DNA of 64,000 bases. Source: Lingula anatina. Taxonomy: Eukaryota > Animalia > Brachiopoda. The stretch covers positions 18,870,534 to 18,934,533 of the forward strand of contig CM120644.1 in the NCBI GenBank assembly GCA_051362555.1. Direction: 5' to 3'. Both the position numbers and the translations under genes were made by a program. Below, piece after piece: positions 35,147-47,378 of the stretch. Positions within the stretch are counted from its first letter, which is position 1. Every line of letters begins with the position of its first letter. The notes beneath the pieces were generated by a model. That model was not told the DNA's origin. It saw nothing but the letters and a program-made list of their open reading frames with translations, and made no database searches.

Positions 35147-37719
35147 TTCGAATCAAGAAGGCACTCTGAAGACGGCAGTATAACTAGGATGTGTGACTTG
35201 AACGTTATATAGCGCTAGGCGACCGCAGGCCGAACCCTTCGCTTTACCGTGGACGGAACTCGTCTTTTTATTATGTCCGCGTGAGTCAGGTGCGCTTTCA
35301 AAACAAGGTGTTGATTTAATTACAGTGCTTCTTGCTAAGAAAAGAGACGGACTTGGGCCGAAGCCAATAAAATAGCGTACATGCAGTGCCCCACCCACCA
35401 CCGTAGATTTGAAGAAAAACTTTTCAGTTACTCCTCACCCAATGAAAATTATAGCAAGTAAAACGAGACAAAAACCAAACATTTTACTTGCGGTGCATTC
35501 AAACACGTCTGTTTTGCGTACATGTATTCGTTTGAATATTCATAATAGTGGTGATTTCATGTTCAAATTGCATTTTCAAAGCTTATTTATTTTAGATCGA
35601 ATAATGTTAGAAGTTGGTCAGATGATTAATGTGTATCATCACATTGCCTGAATCTCTAAACGTACATTGTATATTACAAAAAACTGCAATCAGTGTTTTA
35701 AAAGATCTTTTCTGTTGTAAAAGGATTTAGACACTTCAGTTGTGGCTTCCTGGTTAAGATTAAAATCATCCTCAGTTTAATTGTGCTAAAGGTGTGGTAC
35801 AAGCATCTTAATTGGCTTCAACATTACCAAATTCAGAAATCAATTTCGATACATATACGTATGTGCTTCCTCTTGTATACTGTATTTAGAGGATATTTGT
35901 AGTTGTTGTATTCTTATAGAGTTTGCTAACTCCTAATCCCGACCAAACAAGACGTCCCGATAGCTTAATTTCCCGGGCCGTAATTATAACGGGACTTCTA
36001 TCAACAAGAGCCTCATACCTATATATTTCACACCATATACGCGTGCTGACTTGTTTTATCTTTTTATTTCAATTCGCGTTATAGTTACACTTATTTGTCT
36101 ACTTATCTTCCTCTATGTATTTGTAATTTCATTTTATTTGATTTGCACCGCAAAATACCCCCTCTCAGAAAATAAATTAATTAATAAAGAAGGAAAGAAA
36201 GAAAGAAAAGAAAAGAAATGAATAAATAAAGTGAAATACGTAAATAAATAAATGGATTCTACTCGGGAGAAGTGGGGATAGATATTTCCTCACTTCCTCC
36301 ATGTTGACCCGACTTACGGCCGGTGCACATCCTGGAAGATGCCGTCCTCAAATCTAGTCTGTTTACCATGGCTTTAACAAATAAACATATCAGTTGACGT
36401 AACCTTTGTTGACATAAATCAAGCCCCGATGCATTTAAATACTGTGCTCCGGTACAGTGCTAGGAAACAATAAGGGCTCTTCCTTTCTTCGAATAATGAA
36501 TATTCATGAACGGTGGCGGGGACGGGAAGACCGTTTGCAGTTTATATTGAGACGCTATGGAGAAGCAGCGACTTTGTTTCAAGATTTCTCTTAAAAATGA
36601 TACTTTTATTAGTAATAAAGAATAAATTAAAATGAAAAATAAAAATGAAGATAGAGATAAAATAAAAATTAAATAAACGAATTAAAAATACTGAACGTAT
36701 TTATTTTCTGTATTTATTTGTTTATCAGTTAAAAATTACTAACCAAAACCGTTTTCTATTCTTTTTATTAAACAGTTTTCAACTACGTACACTGACCAAT
36801 ATAGCGTATTTTACTGAGATTCTTTTTGATAGCAAATGTCACTCCCGTCTCTATCTCTTCAACTAGGTGTATTTAAACGCATTTCCAAGATCAGAATTTG
36901 AATTTCTCTCGGTTAGAGTGAATCACTTTCTTTTTCTTCTTCCGCCGCCTTTACAGGTAATTTACTTAACACTGCAAAAATGTCGCATGTTATTCTTGCT
37001 TTACTCACAAACAAAAAGTCTCACTTTTCTGTAAAGGTTACACAAATAGCTGCTGTCAAATCATTTCATCATTTTGTGATATCGCTTTTGTCTGTCATTG
37101 AGAGCTAATTTACTTTAAAAACTTTCCTGACGTATTTAAATCCATACCGCTGGGTTACTCATAACTTCTGTGACGGGTCGTCTTGTGCTATGTCCTGGTC
37201 GTCATGTAAACCGCATCCTGAAACCGGTATATTTCAAGACGCGTCAGTAATATCAAATATGGCAAAAATGAGCATTCAAAATTAACAACAGAGCAATTTA
37301 CAATATAAGTTTATTTCAAACGATTGAATAGGCCTAAGCTAAAAAAAGAATTCCGCATAAAAGGTAAAATAAAAAAGTTTTACGTAGGGTACAGATAGAT
37401 TACAGATGTTCAGTAAGTACGCCTTTTTTTTTTTTTTTTCTTTTGCGGGGGGGGGGGGGGGGGGGTTGCGGAATAGCAGAAAAGGGCGTCATATAAAGAG
37501 AGCATTATTTTATAAAGGAAGGTGAGAAACCGCCATTAATTTTTTTTGATGAGCCCAGCCTCTTTTCTCTCTCAGGATCGACAAATTAAAATCTTTAATG
37601 CCTTGCATGGCTCTTTTAAAAATTTAAAAATTACTTTAACTTAAAAAATCATAACAGAGTGTGAGAATCGTAATGGAGCGACCCTCAATCCCCAACTTCT
37701 CACATTCCTGGCTTACCTA

Positions 37720-38559
37720 TTATTTTAAGTACACGTCCCCAAGCAGGTTAATCCCCCTGTATTGCATGCAGCACTGATGGAAGTCGGTTCTGCAGGGTTC
37801 GGGAATCCTGGCAGCTCTCCGACCGCAATCTGGGCCCATATACCGCTTCCCCATCGAGCAGCACATGCTTACGGAAGCGGAGTCTGCAGGTTTCTCGGGT
37901 TTCGGAGCCACTAGCGTTTCAAGAGAAGTGAAAATAAATAAAAATGAAAAAAAATAATAATAATAAATTAGGTGAATTAATCAAATATGCTAAATGTTTT
38001 TGTTTATTTATGGATTTATCAGAGAAATAACCGTGGTTTCACTGTGAATTTTAAACTTCACAACCGAAACTGTTTCGACGGATTCTGTTCTCTTCATTAA
38101 CCACCTTTCAACTTTGTACTCTGGCCAATATAACGTATTTGATTGAGATTCTTCTTGATAGCTGACGTCACACCCTGCTCTCCATATTTTCAACACAGTG
38201 TGTCTCAGCGCATTTTTCTATCTACTGGTACCTCTCCCTAGCTAATTAATTTTTCATACAAATGCGAATGATAGTTAAGATCGTTAAAAGGATATGAATG
38301 TTGAATAAAGGAAACATTTCCCTCACTGGAGAAATGTGAAGAACAAGCTAGCTCGCTGTAAGTATAACTATTAAACACCGACTAACGGGTTTAAAAATCG
38401 TGACCATCGCTTGAGAGACGATGAAAACTGGATGCCACTGCACCATGATAATGTTCCGATTTCATCAGAGTATTAAAAATATTTCAACAACTTACTTTGC
38501 GAATCAGCATTACGGGTCGTCAGAAGCAAAAACAGAAAAATTGCAACGGCGAATCTCAT
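37720..38559 (-). CDS. Secreted single-ANATO (anaphylatoxin-like) peptide 2, 84 aa
   Basis: Exons 38559-38496 and 37910-37720: MRFAVAIFLFLLLTTRNADS|QMAPKPEKPADSASVSMCCSMGKRYMGPDCGRRAARIPEPCRTDFHQCCMQYRGINLLGDVYLK*. TATATAA at 38664-38658. A 3'-UTR intron leads to an exon starting at 37217. Confidence 0.8.
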
Positions 38560-41066
38560 CCTGGACTTTATCCGCAGGAAAAATTCAGCCTATGTATACA
38601 GCTTATTTTAACAGTCCACAGCAGGTAGTGTTACTGCAAACTTTTAAATAGTACAAGTTATATACCTGTTAATAGGACAACTTAAATGTATAAAAAAACA
38701 TGTTTTGTAACTTACAATGGAGCATAAGTCATGTCATAACATATATCAGTTAATCTTTATGGAGTAACTTCTAACCCTTTTTGCTTAGAAGTGATGATAA
38801 TACATGCAGCACAGGGGCCTATTATGACGTAATCTGGCCCTGGAAGATGTTTTTTTCTGATGTAAAGTATTCCTGTAGATATACGTATTAGATTATAATT
38901 ATACATTGCAAACGGCACTTAGCCACTGCAGTTCGATTCTTTTTGGGTAGGACATGTTCAGTGTTTCAACAATTCTAGTTCAGCTTTGTTTGATATTCAA
39001 TAAATGTCTTTTCACAAATGTTAGGTCTCAGAAGACTTGATAAGACAGGTATATGTCACTGGGTTTGAAACTGTCTAAAGCTAATATTTTCTTACGTATC
39101 TTGCAAAACTGCATATCTAAAAAAAAATCCGAACAGACTTTCTGACTTGCATCCAAATAAAAAACCCTACCAAAACACTTCGCATCACTTTGATGCCGAA
39201 TCAGATATCCTTATATGAGCGTATGTAAGTGTGCTTTCCCAGAGATTTAGATCGATCTAAAGATTAAGTTTTAGATCGACCTAACTCCCTGGGGGTTCAC
39301 GCTAAATTGCAGTCAGCCGAGCGGGCACCATAGTTAATTACCCCCTTACAGCTTTTAGTAGGCGGGACAGACGCTTAAGCCGGCCAAGCTGACAGTAATA
39401 TAGTGAGACTCCCCACAGGGATAGATCGATTTAAAAATCTATGGAAATGGGGTGTAACACAGCCGATTCCATCTGATATGAAAAAAACACAGCTTTAGTT
39501 ATTTAATGTCAGATAAACATGAAACTTTTAACCACGAGCAAGATAACAAGAATATTGAGAGCTATTTTAGTGCCATTTCCCAAACAACCGCGTACCTTTA
39601 CAGGCATTAAGCAGTTGATTAATATGTATGTACTGTACTTCGACCCCCTTCCCTTGCCTACATGTCCGATGTATACATCTATAAAAGAATTAAATAGCCC
39701 CCCCCCCTCATCCCAAGTGATACACACTATTTATCATTTCAACAATATATGATTAAAATAAGGATAACAATGTGATATGAATGATATCATCAAAGGTTTA
39801 AATGCACCTGTCTGCCTGTCGAACTGTTTATCTGTGTTGTCCCGATAATTGGTCGGTGTGGTTTTTGCTGTCATGTTTATGATGGTACTGATTGAGGATA
39901 TGAAACAGCGGCTCGGTTTGTAGGGAGAGATTAGGGACTGGATGTGGATCGACCCAACACTACGGGGACTCACGCTGAGTGCAATCAGGTTATCTGAATG
40001 ACACACCTCCTCTTGTTTACAATGTACACGTTTAATCACCAACTTTTCTGTATTCTACTTTAGATCTACCCCAGAATGTCATACAGTTAAGCTGATTGCA
40101 GTCCGCGAGAGTCCCGGGAGAGTTGGGTCGAGCCACGTAGACCGATGGTGTTTGTAGGAATGGGGCCTAATAGTTCATAGAAAACCTCTCCAGCACTGCC
40201 AAATTGGCCTATTAGCAATAATATTTTATAGCAGCCCTTCTTTTTAAGAAGATGGCAGCAATGTTTTCATTGGAAATAAATAACGTGGAAATAAATAAGA
40301 TGATAAAATATTTGGAGTTGATTAAAAGGCTACTCAGGTATGAAATAAAATACTCAGAGCGGTGTTATTTATTCAATAGTACGGTATTTTGTCCTCTCCT
40401 CCTTAAACCCATTTAAAGATCACTTTTTTGTATTATGGTTGCCTTTATCCCTTTGCTTTACCAGGCATGGACTAAAAAAAAGAATCCTTTATAAAATAAA
40501 AACAGGTTTTATTGTGGGTATGGATAAGACAGCACGAGAGGCTGAAAAGGGGACGAAGAATATAATGTATTTTTATCACAGTTAACGTGCAACAACGTGT
40601 TTTGTGCGCTTAAATAGTTTTTTCTCTGTTCATTATTCTCACTGCTTGTACTAAGTCACTTCTCAAGTACATTTAATTTACTAAACCTGGTGCGGTGTGT
40701 CATTAGTGGGTGCACTTGTTATTATCATCATTATTTTTATATAGCCATCTGAACACTACTTTCCTTCAAGGATGACAAATACTCTTTATCCTCCATGAAA
40801 CCAGTTCCTCGTCGTTTTTTTTAAATGCCATATCATATTATATTTTTCTTTTTTCCCTTTTTCTGTCATTTCTTTAAAACTCGTCTTATCGACAACACGT
40901 TTACAAAGATGTCTTGCATAGCGTATTTCCTTCATTTTCCACACACTCCGGTTTTACCATCCTATAAAGTCCAGAATATTCTCTGCATATTTCTGCAACT
41001 TCTTTTCACATCTGTCCTAATTGTCTGACAGCTACTCGTGACGCATACAAGTCAAATGACTTCCAA

Positions 41067-42098
41067 TCATAATTCCAATTTCTTTTTGGCTGCCTTTTTC
41101 ATCTTTTTAGCCGTTTTCTCAATGGTTTTGTCCACGAATTTCTCAGCGTTTTTCTTCGCCGCTTTTCCCAGCTTCTCCGCTGCTTTTTTTAAGTCCTTTC
41201 CAAGTCCTGCCTCAGCAAAGCGGTCCTCGTTCGTAGTTATCACTGTTACATTAAAGAAAAAAATGTGGCATTAATCAATCTAAGTAAATTGTTGCCTGGG
41301 TAACTGGAGAGAGAGACAGAGAGTAAATAAACGCACGACTCACGAATGAATTAGAAAGGCTGTCATGAGTGTGAGATTACGTCAGCAATAAATTAATAAT
41401 AATAATTATTATTATAATAATTGACAGCAGAGAAAATTAAACCCAATATTTTACTGAAAAAATCGTGAAAAAAAATTAAGCAATTCGTCAAAACATTTTA
41501 ATAAACGGAATATACACTATCGTATTACTAAAAGCAAACACCCAGTCATATAGCCATCCTTTCGGCTATCTGCGTAACACACTCGGCACAGTGATAGGTG
41601 GCTATACATATCATATTACTAACGCGGCCTGAATCGTATATCTTCACATGTTGATTATATTAGTACAAGCCGCTATATTGTATGAAACTAGTGAAATGGA
41701 ACGTGTCTTTGTAGTATTGGTCAGAGATTCAGCGTGTTGTTACCTATGCCAGGTACATGTACGTCACAAGGAAATCCTTCGCCACATTTTTGTTAAAGGC
41801 ACAATTTGTGGAAAGTTTATAAATGCCTTATGTTAGACGAGGAGTAAGACAGCGCAGCACTACTGCAGTATAATACATGTACCAGAACACCCTCTTATAT
41901 ATGCTACCGGTTATTAGTAAATCCCCAAATACATGTACACGTATACGATTATACTCGGCCTTACTATTAACTCTGAATGGGATTCAGACATAAAGACAGC
42001 ATGCTTTTACGCGAACAACGGGCATATCAATTAATTGTGAGTTAATGCTTACCAAGAAAGACAATAAATACACAGAATATGAACGTCTCGGTCCTCAT
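41067..42098 (-). CDS. Secreted Lys-rich amphipathic helical peptide precursor A (AMP-like), 73 aa
   Basis: Exons 42098-42053 (46 nt) and 41242-41067 (176 nt): MRTETFIFCVFIVFLVITTNEDRFAEA|GLGKDLKKAAEKLGKAAKKNAEKFVDKTIEKTAKKMKKAAKKKLEL*. Confidence 0.8.
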
Positions 42099-44031
42099 TC
42101 TTCACGCTAGGTAAATCCCGGCCTCGTTTTCGCATGCTGACGTAGCATAACCTAATTTTAAAGCGAAGAGCTAAAAATAAACCTCACCTTTGTCATAGTG
42201 GAAAGAGCACATAAAAGAGCGAGGGAGGAGGTAGGTATATTTATATAATTATACCGCAAAATAATATTTAGAAGTAGTTTTTCTTTTTATATACCAGTTT
42301 TAATTTTTTGTTTCTCACTCTTTACATATAGTATTCCCTTTTATTACGCGCTGAATTGCAACAGCAGTTTTAAAACAAAATATTCAACATAAACATTTAT
42401 TCTGCAACAAGAATTTCTGCTGTTGGAAAATGAAAGGTAGATTTCTTATCTTACATGGTCGGGTGACTTTTTATTTTATGTTACTTTTAGGATGGAGGAG
42501 ATGACAAGCCCTATGGGTACACTGCATATTTTTTTCACCTTTCAAAATAAAACCCAATGTATTTTTATTTGAGAAAAAAAGGGAAAGTTTTTCCTAAAAA
42601 TTCGGTTACATTTGTTTGGTCTAAATTATAAATAGATATGTGACGTTGGCGCGCCATGTAAACTGAGATTGAACAATTCAAAATCACTTAAAGAGACTTA
42701 CAAAAGCGAGAGGTGGGGAGGGGTTATCTTGGGAAGCTCAAATGCACATTTTTATTAGAAAAAAAAAACATCTGAAAAGAGGAGAGAGTGTATCAGCTGG
42801 ATAAAGAAAATCGACACATTTTGCACTAAGGCAAGGGGTGTTCCTGTTGAAGATCCGCTTTGATTAAAGTTTTTTTAATTTTTTACTCACATTTAAGTCT
42901 CAGTACCACTACCGTTATACAAATCAATACTAAAACCGTATCAATATGATAAACAATTTTTATTTGATTCTGCATTTACATGCTTGTCCAGTCTTTTATG
43001 TGCTTGCTACATATATATGTCGTAGGTGTATAACTATTTGTTTGTTTCATTTAACTTTTTTGATATCACTTATATTTATCACAGTGAACAGCATTCATTT
43101 ACATATATAATCATGGTTGGACTGTCATCTTTTACGGTGTTTTCACTTTGAAGATTCCGCATGATTTATGACTCTATTACTTGAAATATCAGAACTGTTT
43201 ATTCTTTGCTATCAGCCCAAATTAATGAACACGAAAAAGTTAAATCATTGCGCAACAAATCCCCAGGTTCAATAATGTTCGGGTAAGGCGGGTCTTCAAC
43301 TTCCTGTCGTGATCGAGGCGGTGCGAGAGTTAAATTGGTTTTCTTCGTCCTTGTGCTGCGTTTCCCTTTTTAACTTGTGAGGCTTAATTCTTGTAACATT
43401 CCTCTTATATTTGGAGTTTAGACACTATTTAAAAAAGGTTTTGCCACAGAGACTGGTACCCTGAGGGGGGGAGGGGGTGCTGCCATACTGGAGTTGGGTT
43501 AGGCACTGTCTTCGCTCTGTGACACCCAGGGTGTGCTGACGTTAACACGTACATGATATTCAAGGTCACCAATTACGTTTCTGTGAATCCAGCATACCCC
43601 CCCCCCTCCTCTCCCGCCTTCTTCCGGTGTTATTTTCAGTGAGAAAGATGCTCCTTGCAGACTGGTGCGAAATGTTACAATCATTACTGTTCTTTATAAA
43701 AACATCTACGGCTCCAGATCACAAGTTTCTATTATCACAAGTTTCTTTCTTTACTTGCTCTTCAGGGAAGATGGTTATATGAATTTCTTAGAATGGTCGC
43801 AACAGTCTGTGGAAGATCTCCTTTCCAGAGCCCGAGAAAATAGTGCATTTTTCTCAAGACAATTGTGTCAAAGTCCGAAAAAAGTTAAAACACGGCATCT
43901 GGCTCAAAGTGGTGATTCGAAGGTGCATAATTAAGTAACGGTAAAATCAACAGCGTTGTCAGCGTTCTTTCAAAGATTATTACGACTTTTGTCATTTAGA
44001 GTAATGAAAATGAAATTTAAAGAGAAAAAAA

Positions 44032-45107
44032 TTACAATTCTAGACTCTTCCTAATTGTCTTCTTGACTATCTTTGCCGTCATGTCGACGGTTTTATCAAT
44101 GAACTTCCCCGCATTTTTCCTCACGGTTTTCTCTAACTTTTGGAAACCTTTCTGGACCATCTTCCCCAGACCCGCCTCCACAACATGCTGTCCATTCAAA
44201 TGAAGCACTGGAACAGAAGGAAAGAAAAAATCTTATATATTTAAGGCACAAGTATATAATAGGAAATTAAATAATTAATAGAATTAAGAGAGTAATATGT
44301 AAATAACACGGGAACGCATGCGCTCACCGGCAAGCACGTGCGTGCACGTCCAAATGTACAAATACGAACTTGTGCACTGCGAAATCATAATAAAAAGGTA
44401 GATTAGGCAGACGCATGTACACTCACTACATATATACCTGTGCACTGCAATTTCCCAGTTTCTATATTTAACATAAGATATCGTCCAAAATAACAATCCA
44501 GGTTTACTGGACCTCTGCCAGACATTGTGCTTGTATGTTATGCGGTACGTTGAAACAACATGCCCCGTTAACTACATGCTCTGTTGGTAAGAAATAAAAA
44601 CGATGCCAATTTTGAAATAAAAAAATTTTGAAATAAAAGCAAGGACAAGTGTTGATTTTCCAGGTAGGTATATATTTTTATCCCCCCAACACAGCCCATT
44701 TTAGTCTGACATGACGGCATTAGTCGCTGCCAACAGCCACACAACATTCATAAGGCCTAACTGTAACAGCCTACGTAGCGCTGTCGATGCCTTTCGTGAT
44801 TCACTGCAGCTTTTATCATACTACAGCAGATTAAGTATTTTTAACATTGATATATTAGTGTTTATATCGAAACTAAACACAAGTTGGACCGTTGTCAATA
44901 ATTATTCGCGGAGAGTTCTTCCAAAACTGTATCTAGGACGGGTTATCTGATTCTCTTTAGTGGAAAACAAGTGCACCCAACGATAAAATGATTAAAGAAG
45001 CGAATGGCAAAATAACTGGCTATCGACTTATGGCATCTTATTTCAATATCGAAATACTTACGCAAAATCGTGAGTATGACACAGATGACTAGCGTCTGGA
45101 GCCGCAT
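44032..45107 (-). CDS. Secreted Lys-rich amphipathic helical peptide precursor B (AMP-like), 73 aa
   Basis: Exons 45107-45062 (46 nt) and 44207-44032 (176 nt): MRLQTLVICVILTILLLHLNGQHVVEA|GLGKMVQKGFQKLEKTVRKNAGKFIDKTVDMTAKIVKKTIRKSLEL*. Exon sizes and phase are identical to precursor A. Confidence 0.8.
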
Positions 45108-45369
45108 CTCTGTCCTCGGGAGGAAGCTCCCAGCCTCGATCTGATCTATGCTGACGTTGCATTAACTCATTGAACAGCACCTGTATCGTAGGGCTAAAGT
45201 TAAATTTAAGTATTACCGAAGACCTAAAAATACACGTAGATAAAGGTAGTTCACGTTTTTATCTACCGTGTTTTATCTGCGATAATAAAGATTTGTTGAT
45301 AAAACTGATAAATGAGTGTAAGAGACAAACGCATATCATGATCAGGACAAACTCTGAACATTATTTAAC

Positions 45370-45426
<57 letters not shown>

Positions 45427-45944
45427 AACTCTGTTGGGGGTTTGCTTTCCTTGACTGACCCGCATAACGACGGAAAATGTCGTACAATAAAGTGGCACTT
45501 GATATACTGGTATTGGATGATAACGTTGCAAGTTGCGGTGGAGATTTCTGTTAGATATTAATAAATAGATAAATAAATAAATAAATAAAAAATAAATAAG
45601 CGGGTGGAGAGGTAATGGAAAAATTATGTTAATGTAGTAAGAATTCCCTTGACTGATGTCTTATGTATGCTTCACTGATTTTATTTGTGCGTGACACTGG
45701 TGATGGAAAAAATAAGGAAATAAACTTCCCTTTAACTGTACTTAGGCCTTTGAGGGAGGGCGGTAAGTCATCAAGCCCCTCTGCTCCTACGCCTATGACC
45801 TCATTTTATTCGAATGATTATTCACATGGTTTTTGGGGAGAGAAAAATTCTGAATAAGGAATTTTATATGTTTCGAAGACCCCCCCCCCCCCCCCCTTCC
45901 CGCGAGGTCAAAAATAACTTGCTAGTTATCATTTTTGCATTTTA

Positions 45945-46884
45945 GGCCACACTTTTTTATTTTTATGGATGACATCCTCTGGGTACCCCAAAATCGGTGC
46001 GAGAGGGCAAAAAAAAAAACAGTCCAAAAAAAAAATACTGCTTAAGTAAAGGAATGCTGTCAGTACACAGCTGGAAACACAAATTTTACCACAGAAACAC
46101 GTATCAAACTAACAATATGTCTTTATCCATGCTCTCAAAATAGTAAAGCATCGTGAATACTTCGTAGAAATGTAAAAAAAAAGTCATGAAGAGATATACT
46201 TCTTATTACAAAATCTATTAAGGTTATTTCATGCATTTTGTTGGTATAGCAATCAATAAAACAAATATCAAACAAACAGTGTGTCTTTATTTGTATTCTC
46301 AGAATATTAAAGCATTTTGAACACTTCACAGAAATCTACCAAATCTATTAAAGGTCATTTCGTACGATTTTGTCTACTTCGTCTCACACGGCCAAACTGT
46401 CAGGTGGCCTGTCTGACCTTCAGCCCACCAAATACCTCGACGCCCTTGTCGACCCTTTTTTCGCTACAGAAAACCTGGTAGCCTATGTGCTGCTTTGTAC
46501 AGAATGTCACTGAAATTTTTCGGGCCATAATCGCTGGCGGCCGCCAGCCTTTCGCACAATTGTAAAAAGGTGATATCTCCATGCCCAATATCAATGGCAT
46601 ACCAATCCAAAACGACGCCACCCGTTCTCTTTATGACTTTAAGTGTCGTGTAATTTGAAAGTAAACCTAGAGATGAATTTGGCGGCAAAGCGGCCACATT
46701 TCCACGTGGCGATAATACGCATGCGCAGAAAGCTCATTTCCTGGCAAATTCAGTAACGACGTTTGCAACAACCGACTTCGTTGGGGGCTGGGGGGGGGGA
46801 TTTTTTTTTTTTTTTTTTTCGGAGAACGGGCGAAAATCGGTGCGCGCGCAGGATGTCATCCATAAAAATAAAAAAAGTGTGGCC
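45945..46884. mobile_element. Non-autonomous PIF/Harbinger-like element (TTA TSD)
   Basis: TTA|GGCCACACTTTTTTATTTTATGGATGACATCCT ... AGGATGTCATCCATAAAAATAAAAAAAGTGTGGCC|TTA. Confidence 0.75.
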
Positions 46885-47378
46885 TTACCTGCAGAATCAA
46901 CCAAATTAGTATAGGTCCAACAACAACATTGAATTAAATAAAAATTAAACATTTTAATATCCTTAATAATATACACATCAAACATGGACAAAATGATTAA
47001 TTTGTTGATGCATCAAAGAAGGGATTTCAAGCTTGCAACTGTTACATTCACCGCATTGCAGTGCGACAGGAGTGCGCTGCAGACGACACGCTACTTTCAT
47101 TTGAGTGAGGGGAGGCAGGTGTTCCCGCCAGATGTTGTATTTGCAAAAGGTTTTTTAAATATTTACTTTCTACTAGAGTGAATTCATTTTGTGACTTTAA
47201 TGTAACTACATACAGTAACATGATTCGGCATTTTGTCGTTTAAATCAGTAAAGTAGAAAATGTAGCAGGCAAGAGGCCCAACCTATCTCCCCTTGAAACC
47301 CATTTCGTTCCGTGACCTTTGTGACTTATACTCTCCGTCGACGTCAGAACGTTTACTACTGCGCACTCTGGGTATTAA

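Noticed and set aside
39509-39600. Hydrophobic stretch KIALNILVILLVVKS as a signal exon for ANATO peptide 2
   Set aside because: No convincing donor and it needs a frameshift; 38559-38496 fits with a perfect donor and phase.
40940-41020. Vestigial second peptide copy in the 3' UTRs (KYAENILDF; KNADNAVDF at ~43945)
   Set aside because: Only ~9 residues of weak similarity, bounded by stops; indistinguishable from chance or UTR homology.
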